Position numbers and translations under genes: made by a program
Origin: an uncultured Chloroflexia bacterium
GTDB lineage: Bacteria; Chloroflexota; Limnocylindria; Limnocylindrales; CSP1-4
Length of the DNA: 64,000 nucleotides
Direction of reading: 5' to 3'
Assembly: GCA_963831745.1 (NCBI GenBank)
Contig: CAWHRD010000008.1
Span: 73,816 to 137,815 of the forward strand
Notes under the pieces: generated by a model
Database searches by the model: none
Told to the model about the DNA's origin: nothing
What the model saw: the letters and a program-made list of their open reading frames with translations, nothing else
Shown: positions 10,624 through 19,349 of the stretch, one piece after another
Layout: each line of letters opens with the position of its first letter
Numbering within the stretch: position 1 is the first letter of the stretch

Positions 10624-10953
10624 TCACGGCGCGGGGTGGTCGTCCGGCCCGACGTCGCGACCCGGGCCGGAGCCGACGTGCTTCGGCGGGCGCCGGCCGC
10701 GCCGGAGCCAGCGTGCGGTCCGATCCGGCGCCACGACCAGGGGACCCACGTACAGCACGACGAGGAAGGGGATCAGGAACCGCCCGACTCCCCGGCTCGC
10801 GACCACGACGACACCCAGCGCGACGAGCGTCAGCATGTAGGTCGCGAGCCACGACGGCCTGAGCCCGGCATCCGCGAGCCGCCGCGTCGGGATCGCGGCC
10901 AGCAGGATGCAGAGCAGGACGAGGCCGATCAGCCACGGCGCGGGGAACCCCAT
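10624..10953 (-). CDS. small membrane protein
   Basis: ATG at 10953 (MGFPAPWLIGLVLLCILLAAI). Three hydrophobic helices. The rest of the 283-aa track ORF upstream looks non-coding. Confidence 0.45.
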   Translation of the reverse strand: MGFPAPWLIGLVLLCILLAAIPTRRLADAGLRPSWLATYMLTLVALGVVVVASRGVGRFLIPFLVVLYVGPLVVAPDRTARWLRRGRRPPKHVGSGPGRDVGPDDHPAP

Positions 10954-11181
10954 CGGCCGATGATACGGCCCGGCCGCGACGCTGCCGAACGGCACGCCGG
11001 ACGCTGCCGGACGGCGGCCCGGCCCGGCGTCCGCGACAGAGCCCCGGAAGGGACCTCGGCCCGGACGTGGTAGTCTTGGGGTTCGCCGCCTCGTGCGACG
11101 AAGCGTCGCGTGGTCGATCCCCCTTCTCGAACGGACCGTGCGTTCCGCCCTCCCTGTTCGGGAAGAGTGTGGAGGTCCCTC

Positions 11182-11385
11182 GTGACCACCGGTACCATCA
11201 AGAAGGTCATCGCCGACCGCGGCTTCGGATTCATCGTCGCCGAGGATGAGAAGGAGTACTTCTTCCATCGCGGCGGCCTCGACTCCTCGCTCGACTTCGA
11301 TCGCCTCTCCGGCGGCGAGCGCGTCGAGTTCGACGTCGAGCAGAGCCCCAAGGGTCCTCGCGCCGCGCACGTGCGCTCCGCCTAG
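11182..11385 (+). CDS. cold-shock domain protein
   Basis: GTG 11182 lies 6 nt after GGAGG. Sequence TGTIKKVIADRGFGFIVAEDEKEYFFHRGG carries the RNP1-like GFGFI motif. 67 aa. Confidence 0.8.
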   Translation: MTTGTIKKVIADRGFGFIVAEDEKEYFFHRGGLDSSLDFDRLSGGERVEFDVEQSPKGPRAAHVRSA

Positions 11386-11393
11386 AGGAGGTC

Positions 11394-11419
11394 GCGGCCC
11401 GTCCACGCGGACGGGCCGC
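11394..11419 (+). terminator. stem-loop after the cold-shock gene
   Basis: GCGGCCCGTCC-ACGC-GGACGGGCCGC, a perfect 11-bp stem. It starts 9 nt after the stop codon and is followed by TT. Confidence 0.55.
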
Positions 11420-11546
11420 TTCCACAACCGGCACACGCCGGCCGCGCCGCCGCGCGGAGCCGCCGCGGACCGCAACCCCGCCGGCGTCCTCGCGGCCCGC
11501 GCCCTCCCAGGACCGTCGTTGCCGGCGCCCCGGAAGGAGCGACGTC

Positions 11547-12785
11547 ATCGTCCGCACCATCTTCGCCTCGACGTATCCGCCGCGGCACTGCGGGATCGCC
11601 CGGTTCACGCAGGCGCTCTCGAGCGCGACCGGCGAGCGCGAGATCGTCGCCCTCCACGGACCCGGCCCCAACCTCCTGTATCCCGCCGAGGTCCATCACC
11701 GGATCCGGTGCGACGAGCCGGGCGACTTCGCTCGGACTGCCCGCGACCTGGCGCGCTGCGCCGACGTGGTCTCGGTCCAGCACGCGCCCGGCATCTGGGG
11801 CGGCGACGACGGCGCGGGGGTGCTGGACTTCGTGCGCGCGGTGGACGCCCCGACGGTGGTCACGCTGCACAGCGTCCCGGGGCACCCGACCACCAACCAG
11901 CGGGCCATCCTCCTCGAGCTCGTCCGGCTCGCCAGCGCCAGCGTGGTCATGTCGCGGTCGGCGGCGCAGGTCCTCTCCGCGACGTGCGGCGTGGCCGCGC
12001 ACGAGGTCGAGATCATCCCCCACGGTGTGCCGAACCTGCCGCTGGTCGACTCCGCCACGATCAAGCCCGTGCTCGAGCTGGCCGGCCGCGAGGTCATCCT
12101 GGGCTTCGGCCTGCTCGGGCCGGGCAAGGGCTACGAACTCGTCGTCGACGCCCTCCCGGCGGTCGTCGCCGCGCGACCGACTGCCTGCTTCGTGATGCTC
12201 GGCGCCACCCACCCGGATGTGCTGGCGGTCGAGGGCGAGGCGTACCGTCGCTCGCTCGAGGAGCGCGTCGCGGGGCTGGGCATGGGGGGCCACGTGAGGT
12301 TCGTCGATCGCTTCGTCGGGCGGGTGGAGCTCACCCGCTGGCTCGAGGCCGCCGACGTCTTCGTCACGCCGTACCGGGACCTCGACCAGGACGTGGCCGG
12401 GACCCTGGCGTACGCGATGGGCGCGGGGCGCGCCATTGTCTCGACGCCGTACGCCCACGCCCTCGAGCTTCTCGACGGCGATCGGGGCCTGCTGGTGCCG
12501 CCCGGCTCGCCGGCGGCATGGGCGGACGCGCTGGTCGGCCTGCTCGAGAGCGACGAGCGTCGGGCCGCGCTGGGCCGACGCGCCCACGAGCACACCCGGA
12601 CGATGATCTGGTCGACCGTCGCGACGCAGTACCGATCGCTCTTCGCGCGGGTCGTCGCCGGCAAACGGGTGCTGCCGGGTCCGCTGTCGCTGGCCGCCGG
12701 CGGTGGTCGGCCGGCCGATGTGCTCGCCGGGCGCGCGCTGGCGTCGCAGCCCCCCCGGGCCTCAGCTATCGTGGAGGTCGGCTGA
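11547..12785 (+). CDS. glycosyltransferase family 4 (GT-B); start codon uncertain
   Basis: The conserved N-terminus IFASTYPPRHCGIARF lies upstream of the first canonical start (GTG 11766). GGAAGGAG at 11532-11539 is followed by GTC ATC GTC. C-terminal GT1-like region VTPYRDLDQDVAGTLAYAMGAGRAIVSTP. Confidence 0.75.
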   Translation: MVRTIFASTYPPRHCGIARFTQALSSATGEREIVALHGPGPNLLYPAEVHHRIRCDEPGDFARTARDLARCADVVSVQHAPGIWGGDDGAGVLDFVRAVDAPTVVTLHSVPGHPTTNQRAILLELVRLASASVVMSRSAAQVLSATCGVAAHEVEIIPHGVPNLPLVDSATIKPVLELAGREVILGFGLLGPGKGYELVVDALPAVVAARPTACFVMLGATHPDVLAVEGEAYRRSLEERVAGLGMGGHVRFVDRFVGRVELTRWLEAADVFVTPYRDLDQDVAGTLAYAMGAGRAIVSTPYAHALELLDGDRGLLVPPGSPAAWADALVGLLESDERRAALGRRAHEHTRTMIWSTVATQYRSLFARVVAGKRVLPGPLSLAAGGGRPADVLAGRALASQPPRASAIVEVG

Positions 12786-12831
12786 CCGGGCCCGCGCCGC
12801 TGCTCGCACCGGTCCGGACTGGAGCGTGGAC

Positions 12832-13110
12832 ATGGCGACCTTCGACGCGCGGGAGTGGCTGGCGGGCCTGATGGGCTGCGCCCGGGACGAGCTCGAGGTG
12901 CGCAGCACCGATCGCTACGGGGAGCGCGAGACCCAGGTCCGGTATGACCGGGGCGGATCGTCGGTGGCGCGCGTCATCGTGACCGGGCCCAACTACGAGA
13001 TGGGCGAACGCGCGGGAGCCGGCCACTGGCTGGTCTCCGCCCAGGTCGGCTGGGAGGCGAAGGACGCCCACAGCATCCTGGTTCCGGAGTCCGACGAGAT
13101 CGTCTACTAG
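12832..13110 (+). CDS. hypothetical small protein
   Basis: ATG 12832 after GGAG. 92 aa with balanced composition (MATFDAREWLAGLMG...). No family recognised. Confidence 0.45.
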   Translation: MATFDAREWLAGLMGCARDELEVRSTDRYGERETQVRYDRGGSSVARVIVTGPNYEMGERAGAGHWLVSAQVGWEAKDAHSILVPESDEIVY

Positions 13111-13134
13111 CGCTCGCACCTCGGCGCCGCAGCC

Positions 13135-13181
13135 GGCCGCGCCGGGCCCTGGCCCTCGGCCGCGCCGGGCCCGTGGCCCTC
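13135..13181. repeat. 23-24 bp tandem repeat x2 (intergenic)
   Basis: GGCCGCGCCGGGCCCTGGCCCTC followed directly by GGCCGCGCCGGGCCCGTGGCCCTC. Confidence 0.8.
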
Positions 13182-13195
13182 GGCCGCCCGCTACG

Positions 13196-14485
13196 ATGGC
13201 GACGATGACCGACGTGCGCGCCGGGGGCGTCCGCGGGCGGCTCGCCCGGACGCTGCCGATCCTCCCCGTCCTCGTGGCCGAGGCGATCCTCTGGCTCGGC
13301 TTCGGCGCGCTCCTGCCGGTGCTCCCGCTGTACATCACGGAGCAGGGGATCGACACGGCGACGCTCGGCTGGATCGTGGCGGCCTGGCCCGCCGCGCGCC
13401 TCCTGGGCGAGCCCCTGTTCGGCTGGCTGGGCGACCGCGGCGACAAGCGCGTGCTGATGCTCGGCGGGCTCCTCGCCACCGCGGTCGTGGTCCCGCTGCC
13501 GCTCGTCTTCACCGGGGCCCCGGCCTTCTTCCTGGCACGTGCCCTCGCCGGCCTCTCGACGGCCGCCTACGACCCCGCGGCCCGCGCCTACATCCTCGAT
13601 GCCACGCCCCCGGAGGAGCGCGGCGCCGCCTTCGGGCTCTACAGCTCGGCCCAGATGGGCGGCCTGCTCCTGGGTCCCGCGTTCGGCGGGATCGGCGCCG
13701 CGCTCGGCGGCGGGTACGCCTTCCCGTTCATCTTCTGCAGCGCGGCCCTGGTGGGGGCGGCCATCCTCCTGGGGCTGACGGTCTGTCGCCGCCCGGCGCC
13801 CTTCCACGTCGCCGGCGACGAGGACGCCGCGCTGGCCGCCGCCGCCGCGCCGTCGCGGCTCTGGAACCGCCTCCTGCTGGCGGCGATCGTGATCAACGTC
13901 GGCAGCTTCTTCGCCTCCGGCACCTACGAGGTGATCTGGAGCCTGTGGATGACGCAGCTGGGGGCGGATCTTGGGCTGATCGGGCTGACGTTCGCCGCGT
14001 TCGGGCTCGGCGTCGTCGTGGTGTCGCCCCTCGCCGGCCGCTGGGCCGACCGACGCGGCCCCGTGCGCTTCATCGTGCTCGGCAGCCTGGGCGCGGCGCT
14101 GGCCGGGATGCTCTACGCCCTGCTGCAGGACCCGCTCCTGGTGGTGCCGGTGGTCTTCTTCGAGGGTGTCTCGTTCGCGCTCCTCGGGCCGGCCCTGTAC
14201 GCGGTCGTCGCCCGCGGCACGCCCGCCGGCCGCTCGGCCACGACGCAGGGCGTCTACGGCGCGGCGGGCACGATCGGCACGATCGTGGCCTCGATCACCG
14301 CGGGGATCCTCTTCGCGATCGACGTCCACCTCCCGTTCTACACGTTCGCCGTGACGATGGTCGCCTCGCTGATCCTGGGCCTTGCCGTCGGGGGTCGCGA
14401 GCTCCGGGACCTGCGTCCCGCGGGCACCCCGGAGACGCCGCTCCTCCCATCCCCCGGGCCCCGCGGCGCGAAGGAGGCAGCGTGA
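13196..14485 (+). CDS. MFS transporter
   Basis: About 12 hydrophobic helices. MFS loop motif GWLGDRGDKRVLMLG. Confidence 0.85.
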   Translation: MATMTDVRAGGVRGRLARTLPILPVLVAEAILWLGFGALLPVLPLYITEQGIDTATLGWIVAAWPAARLLGEPLFGWLGDRGDKRVLMLGGLLATAVVVPLPLVFTGAPAFFLARALAGLSTAAYDPAARAYILDATPPEERGAAFGLYSSAQMGGLLLGPAFGGIGAALGGGYAFPFIFCSAALVGAAILLGLTVCRRPAPFHVAGDEDAALAAAAAPSRLWNRLLLAAIVINVGSFFASGTYEVIWSLWMTQLGADLGLIGLTFAAFGLGVVVVSPLAGRWADRRGPVRFIVLGSLGAALAGMLYALLQDPLLVVPVVFFEGVSFALLGPALYAVVARGTPAGRSATTQGVYGAAGTIGTIVASITAGILFAIDVHLPFYTFAVTMVASLILGLAVGGRELRDLRPAGTPETPLLPSPGPRGAKEAA

Positions 14486-15426
14486 GCACCCCGCCCTGGC
14501 TCGACGCCGACCCGTCCGAGATCGCGCCGGTCGTCCTCGTGGCCGGCGGCTTCCTGACGACGCCGGGATGGTACCGGCCGATGACCGCGTCGCTCCTTGC
14601 CCGCGGGGCGGCCGACGTCGTCGTGGCCCGGGTCTACCCGCCCGACTGGGTTCTCTGCACCGTGCGCGGCCTGGGGCCCGTGACCACCCGCGTCGGCCGG
14701 GCGCTGCTCGAGGCCACCGATCGCAGCCGCGACAACGCGGCCAGCCGTGGCGCCCCGATCCTGTACGTGGGGCACAGCGCCGGCGGGATCGTTGGCCGGC
14801 TGCTCACCTCGCCGGTGGCGTTCGAGGGCCGGCACCTCAACGCGAGCGGACGCATCGGGGCGCTGGTCACGCTCGGCGCGCCGCACCTGGTGGGCGATGA
14901 GGCGCGCTGGGGAAGCCGGGTGGGGGACGCGGGCGCCCGCTTCGCGAACCGCCACGTGCCCGGGGCCTTCTTCGCCCCGACGACCGGCTACCTCGCCGTC
15001 GCCTCCCGCTTCATCGTCGGCCACGACCAGGCGGAGGATGGCCGGTCGCGCTTCATGCGGCGGCTCTACGAGGACGTCCACCCGGCGCCGGACCAGCCGA
15101 TCGTCGCCGGCGACGGCCTCGTCCCGGTCGCCTCCGCGCTGTTGCCCGGCGCGCGCCACCTGGTCCTCGAGGACGCGGTCCACGGGCCGGGGGTCCGCGA
15201 CCCGTGGTACGGGCAGGAGGCCCAGCTCGATGCCTGGTGGCCGACCGCGCTGGAGATATGGCGAGAGCGCGCTCCGCGCGCGCCGGTCGCTGCGGTCCGG
15301 GAGCAGCGGGGATCCTCCTACCGGGTGATCGCCACCGCGCGCGCCGTCACTCGCCTCCGAAGGCGACGTCGAGGGCGCTGCGCAGCATCTTCACGACCCG
15401 TTCGCGGGATAGCTCGTCCGGGGTGA
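14482..15426 (+). CDS. alpha/beta hydrolase (lipase/PGAP1-like)
   Basis: GTG 14482 follows AAGGAGG and forms a GTGA overlap with the MFS stop. Nucleophile elbow YVGHSAGGIVG. The 3' end overlaps the convergent NUDIX gene. Confidence 0.65.
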   Translation: MSTPPWLDADPSEIAPVVLVAGGFLTTPGWYRPMTASLLARGAADVVVARVYPPDWVLCTVRGLGPVTTRVGRALLEATDRSRDNAASRGAPILYVGHSAGGIVGRLLTSPVAFEGRHLNASGRIGALVTLGAPHLVGDEARWGSRVGDAGARFANRHVPGAFFAPTTGYLAVASRFIVGHDQAEDGRSRFMRRLYEDVHPAPDQPIVAGDGLVPVASALLPGARHLVLEDAVHGPGVRDPWYGQEAQLDAWWPTALEIWRERAPRAPVAAVREQRGSSYRVIATARAVTRLRRRRRGRCAASSRPVRGIARPG

Positions 15427-15826
15427 GCCAGGCCGCCCGGTCGGTGGAACCGTCGGGCTCGTCGCGGAGCACGCCCCCGGTCACGGTCACCCGGAACAGG
15501 AGCGCGATCGCGTGCATCTCGCGGGGCCGGCCGTCGGGAAGCCGCCCGGGGTAGACGTGCGAGCGGTGGCCGATGATCCCTTCCACCCGCCCGACGAGCC
15601 CCGTCTCCTCCTCCAGCTCGCGCAGCACGGCGGCCGCGGGATCCTCGCCGAAGTCGATCCCGCCGCCGGGGAGCGTCCACGATCCGGGTGACGGCTCGCC
15701 CGGCGCCAGCCGGCAGCAGAGCAGCCGGTCGCCGTCGCCGCAGACGGCATAGGCGGCGACCCGCACGAGGCGGACGACGCCGTCCTCGCCGGCCGCGGCA
15801 CGGGTGCGCTCGGACCAGGGGGTCAT
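15347..15826 (-). CDS. NUDIX hydrolase
   Basis: Nudix box GGGIDFGEDPAAAVLRELEEETGL. Confidence 0.85.
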   Translation of the reverse strand: MTPWSERTRAAAGEDGVVRLVRVAAYAVCGDGDRLLCCRLAPGEPSPGSWTLPGGGIDFGEDPAAAVLRELEEETGLVGRVEGIIGHRSHVYPGRLPDGRPREMHAIALLFRVTVTGGVLRDEPDGSTDRAAWLTPDELSRERVVKMLRSALDVAFGGE

Positions 15827-15902
15827 GACGGCGAAGTATCGCCATCCGCGGCGGACTGCGCGAGCCCCAGCTCGCGGCGTCGCCTGGTGCCACGCGGTTG
15901 GA

Positions 15903-16695
15903 TCATGCCGCCGGGTGTTGCGCGTCGATCGCGAGCACGGCCTCGGCCGCGAGGTGGAGGAGAAGAGCGCGTCCCTCGGCGTGATGGGGCCATCCGCGTG
16001 GATCCCAGGCCGCGCCTGAGAGGTCGTCCCCCGCGTAGAGCATCTGGCCGAAGGAGACGCCCCGGAACCGCGCGACGGCGAAGAACGCGGCCGCCTCCAT
16101 CTCGACGGTTAGGCAGCCCTCCGCCACCCTGCGGCTCGATCTTCGCCCGCGTCTCACGGTAGAACCCGTCGGTCGTCCAGGTCTTGCCCGTCACGTGAGG
16201 GATGGCATGCCGCTCGAGGGTGGCCAGGATGGCGGCGACGGCGTCGTCCGTCGGTGCCACCTCCCGCGACGGCGGCGCGTAGTGGTAGCTCGTCCCCTCG
16301 TCGCGAACGGCCGCCGTCGGCACGACGATGTGACCGAGAGCGAGCTCCGGAACGAGCACGCCGGCGCCGCCGACCGCCACGAATGCTCGGCAGCCGAGGG
16401 CGATCAGCTCGTCCAGCCACCCGGCCGCCAGCGGCGCGCCGACGCCGGCCTGGGCGATCGCCAGGCGTCGCCCGCCGTAGTCGACCTCGTAGATCGGATG
16501 CGGGCCCATCTCGGACGCGAGCGCCCCGATCTCGCGACCGCCGAGCTCGGCGACGGCAGACGCGATCACGTCCCGAAAGAAGCAGAGAACGGCGTGCCGC
16601 GGCATGTCGAACGGCGCGTGGGCGAGCGCCGGCTCGATCACGGCCAATGGCGTCGGATCGAACTCGAGGATCGGAGCGTCGGGGAGGTCGGACAA
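15903..16695 (-). pseudogene. nucleoside phosphorylase (PNP_UDP_1 family) with a +1 frame break near 16129-16135
   Basis: The N-terminal two-thirds are in the frame of track ORF 15823..16965 (..GVGAPLAAGWLDELIALGCRAF..TWTTDGFYRETRAKIE). The C-terminus is in the frame of ORF 15903..16157 (RRVAEGCLTVEMEAAAFFAVA..). Start is TTG 16695 after AGGAAG, or GTG 16713. Confidence 0.7.
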
Positions 16696-16954
16696 TGGAC
16701 TTCCTGGTCGCACGCGGCAGGTGGGGGATCGACGCCGCGATCGTCGTCGCCCGACGTCGCGAGCGCAAGGCCCGGCGCGTTTCGACGGCCCCGGCAGGAC
16801 CACGGACGAGGCGATCGAGCTGCTCGTGCGACGGCCAGACCCGACGCCCGCCCAGGCTCCGGCCGCGCAAGGCTCACGGTCACGTCCCGGCGTAAGCGCA
16901 ACAGCGCGCTCGTCGCCGCGCCGCGTCCCGCGATCCGCGCAACTGATGGCGTCC

Positions 16955-17162
16955 GATCCTGTCAAATGCTGGCGGAGCGATCCTTACGGCATGTGGCCGG
17001 AGCCCGCGCGTCGCCGGAGCCCCTCCAGGAGGCGCGCGATCCTGTCACCGGTGCCGCGGGGCAGGCACCTGATCAACCTCCGCCCCGTCGCGGGACGGCT
17101 CGTCCTTGAGCGGGCAGGGGCCTTCGCACATACGGCTCGCGTGACGCGCATTTGACAGGATC
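16955..17162. mobile_element. MITE-like 208-bp interspersed element, copy 1
   Basis: 15-bp terminal inverted repeats GATCCTGTCAAATGC (16955-16969) and GCATTTGACAGGATC (17148-17162). An internal third copy of GATCCTGTCA sits near 17037. It is clearly homologous, in reverse orientation, to 63140-63347. Confidence 0.5.
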
Positions 17163-17197
17163 GCCGGGCGGCCCATGGCGAGAGCCGCGTGGCCGCG

Positions 17198-17302
17198 GCG
17201 CGATGCCGCCACGCTGCGGCGCGATGCCGCCACGCTGGGGCGCGATGCCGCCACGGCGCGGCGCGATGCCGCCACGGCGCGGCGCGATGCCGCCACGCTG
17301 CG
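17198..17302. repeat. 21-bp tandem repeat x5
   Basis: GCGCGATGCCGCCACGCTGCG units at 17198, 17219, 17240, 17261 and 17282, with 2-3 variable bases at the unit end. Confidence 0.9.
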
Positions 17303-17334
17303 GCACCACATCCTGGGACTTGACCACCCCAACC

Positions 17335-17350
17335 TTCACGCGAACGTGAA
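17335..17350 (+). promoter_or_regulatory. perfect dyad TTCACG-CGAA-CGTGAA at the 5' end of the MerR gene
   Basis: Inverted repeat read directly from the sequence. TTGACC lies at 17320-17325 just upstream. Function is not established. Confidence 0.3.
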
Positions 17351-18063
17351 TGTTGTGGGATCATCCGCACATGTCGTCCCCAGCTTCCCCGCGCGTCGCG
17401 CCCGCGGTCCGCCCCGCTTCGGCGGATCCGGCGGCGGCCGATCGCGCGGCGGTAGATCCGGCGGCGGCCGATCCGGCGGCGGCCGATCGCGCGGCGGTAG
17501 ATCCGGCGGCGGCCGATCCGGCTGCCGATCCGGCGGCGGCCGGTCGCGCGTCGCCGACCAGGTCCGAGCCCGCCCCGGCTCCCGTTCCGCCACGGCTGCT
17601 TCGCATCCAGGAGGTCGCGTCGGAGACCGGCCTGACGCCCCGCTCGATCCGCTACTACGAGGAGATCGGGCTCCTCCGCCCGGCCGCCCGCTCGCAGGGG
17701 TCCTATCGCCTGTACGACGCGTCGGACCTGGAGCGGCTGCGGTTCATCCGCGAGCTGCGCGACAACGCCGGCTTCAGCCTCGGCGAGATCTCGCGCCTGC
17801 TCGAGGACGAGGAGGCGCGCATCCGCGACCGCGAGCGCTTCCGGGCTGCCGGCGACGAGGCCGAGAAGCGCGCGATCCTGCGCGACCTCATCTCCCGGAT
17901 GGACCGCCAGGTCGCGACGCTCACCGAGAAGGCCGATCGCCTGCGCGAGATGATCGAGGCGGCCGAGTCGCGCCGCGAGCACCTGCGGGCCCACCTCGCC
18001 GAGCTCGAGGGCGGGTCGCCCGCCCACGCGGCCGGCGCGCCGCACGCGGAGACCGGGCCGTGA
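17350..18063 (+). CDS. MerR family transcriptional regulator with repetitive Ala/Asp/Pro N-terminus
   Basis: HTH region LLRIQEVASETGLTPRSIRYYEEIGLLRP..YRLYDASDLERLRFIRELR, then a C-terminal coiled-coil region. Start could be ATG 17350 or ATG 17371. Confidence 0.8.
   Translation: MLWDHPHMSSPASPRVAPAVRPASADPAAADRAAVDPAAADPAAADRAAVDPAAADPAADPAAAGRASPTRSEPAPAPVPPRLLRIQEVASETGLTPRSIRYYEEIGLLRPAARSQGSYRLYDASDLERLRFIRELRDNAGFSLGEISRLLEDEEARIRDRERFRAAGDEAEKRAILRDLISRMDRQVATLTEKADRLREMIEAAESRREHLRAHLAELEGGSPAHAAGAPHAETGP
17425..17541. repeat. 15-bp GATC-phased tandem repeat (~8 units) inside the MerR 5' coding region
   Basis: Alternating GATCCGGCGGCGGCC and GATCGCGCGGCGGTA units, encoding ADPAAADRAAVDPAA... 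Confidence 0.85.
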
Positions 18064-19349
18064 CGATCCGTCCGCTCGGCAGCGCCGGCGCCCTCCGCTC
18101 GATGCGCCATCGCAACTTCCGCCTCTTCTTCGGCGGACAGGCGATCTCGCTCGTCGGCTCCTGGATGCAGGCGGTGGCGCAGTCGTGGCTGATCCTCACG
18201 CTCACGAACGACCCGCTGATGCTGGGCGTGGTCGCGGCGGCCCAGTGGACTCCCGTCCTGCTGCTGGGGCTCTTCGGCGGCCTCATCGCCGACGCCCTCC
18301 CCAAGCGCCCGACCCTCGTGATCCTCGAGGGCGTGATGGCGACGCTGGCGATCGTGCTGGGCCTCCTGACCCTGGCCGGCGTCGTCCAGGTCTGGATGAT
18401 CCTCGTCCTCGCCGTCCTGCTCGGCTGCGTGAACGCCATCGAGATGCCGGTCCGCCAGTCGTTCGCCGTCGAGATGGTGGGCCGCGAGGACGTGGTTAAC
18501 GCGGTGGCCCTCAACTCGGCGACGTTCAACGCCGCCCGGGTGGTCGGCCCGGCCGTCGCCGGGATCACGATCGCGGTCTTCGACATCTCGATCGCCTTCT
18601 TCATCAACGGCCTCAGCTTCCTTGCCGTCATCGCCGCCCTGCTCGCGATGCGCGCCGAGGAGCTCCGCACGCCCCCGCCGATCCCGCGTCCGCGCACCGT
18701 GCGTGCCGTCGTCGCGTCGGTCGGGGAGGGGCTCGGCTACACGCGACGGACGCCGTCCGTCCTGCTGCCCGTCGTGGTCGTCGGCCTCGCGGCGACGATC
18801 GGCATGAACTTCCAGGTGACGATCCCGCCGTTCGCGCGCGACGTTCTGGGGGGCGACTCGACGACCTTCGGGTTCCTCATGACGGCCAGCGGCCTCGGGT
18901 CCGTGGCCGCCGCGCTCCTGCTTGCGACGCGGCGGCACCCGAGCCCGTGGGCGATTGCGGGAGGCGCGACGATGCTGGGCGCCGGCCTGCTCGCCATGGC
19001 GGCGTTCCCGGTGTTCGCGGTCGCCCTCGCGGCGCTCGCGTTCGCCGGGTTCGGCGCGATCTGGATGGCCGCGAACGGCAACACGCTCATCCAGGCGACG
19101 GTCCCGGATGAGCTGCGCGGCCGTGTGCTCAGCGTCTACACCACGGTCTTCGCCGGATCGACGCCGATCGGGGCGCTCTTTGCGGGGGTGATCGCCTCGC
19201 GCTGGGGCGCCGTCGCCGCGCTCGCGGTGGGTGGCGTCCTCACCGTGGCGATCGGTGGCGCGGCCATTGCCTGGCTGCGACGACACCGCGACGTGGGCCT
19301 GCCGGCGCCGGCTCGCGCGGCGCTCGGCGGCCGCCGGACGGCGCCGTAG
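18060..19349 (+). CDS. MFS transporter (EntS / MFS_3-like)
   Basis: GTG 18060 forms a GTGA overlap with the MerR stop. FRLFFGGQAISLVGSWMQAVAQSWL is typical of this MFS subfamily. About 12 helices. Confidence 0.8.
   Translation: MTIRPLGSAGALRSMRHRNFRLFFGGQAISLVGSWMQAVAQSWLILTLTNDPLMLGVVAAAQWTPVLLLGLFGGLIADALPKRPTLVILEGVMATLAIVLGLLTLAGVVQVWMILVLAVLLGCVNAIEMPVRQSFAVEMVGREDVVNAVALNSATFNAARVVGPAVAGITIAVFDISIAFFINGLSFLAVIAALLAMRAEELRTPPPIPRPRTVRAVVASVGEGLGYTRRTPSVLLPVVVVGLAATIGMNFQVTIPPFARDVLGGDSTTFGFLMTASGLGSVAAALLLATRRHPSPWAIAGGATMLGAGLLAMAAFPVFAVALAALAFAGFGAIWMAANGNTLIQATVPDELRGRVLSVYTTVFAGSTPIGALFAGVIASRWGAVAALAVGGVLTVAIGGAAIAWLRRHRDVGLPAPARAALGGRRTAP

Noticed and set aside
17175-17310. Heptad RRDAATL x5 read as the N-terminus of a 724-aa protein
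   Set aside because: It is the translation of the 21-bp intergenic tandem repeat. The real MFS gene starts at GTG 18060, coupled to the merR stop, and merR occupies a different frame in between.
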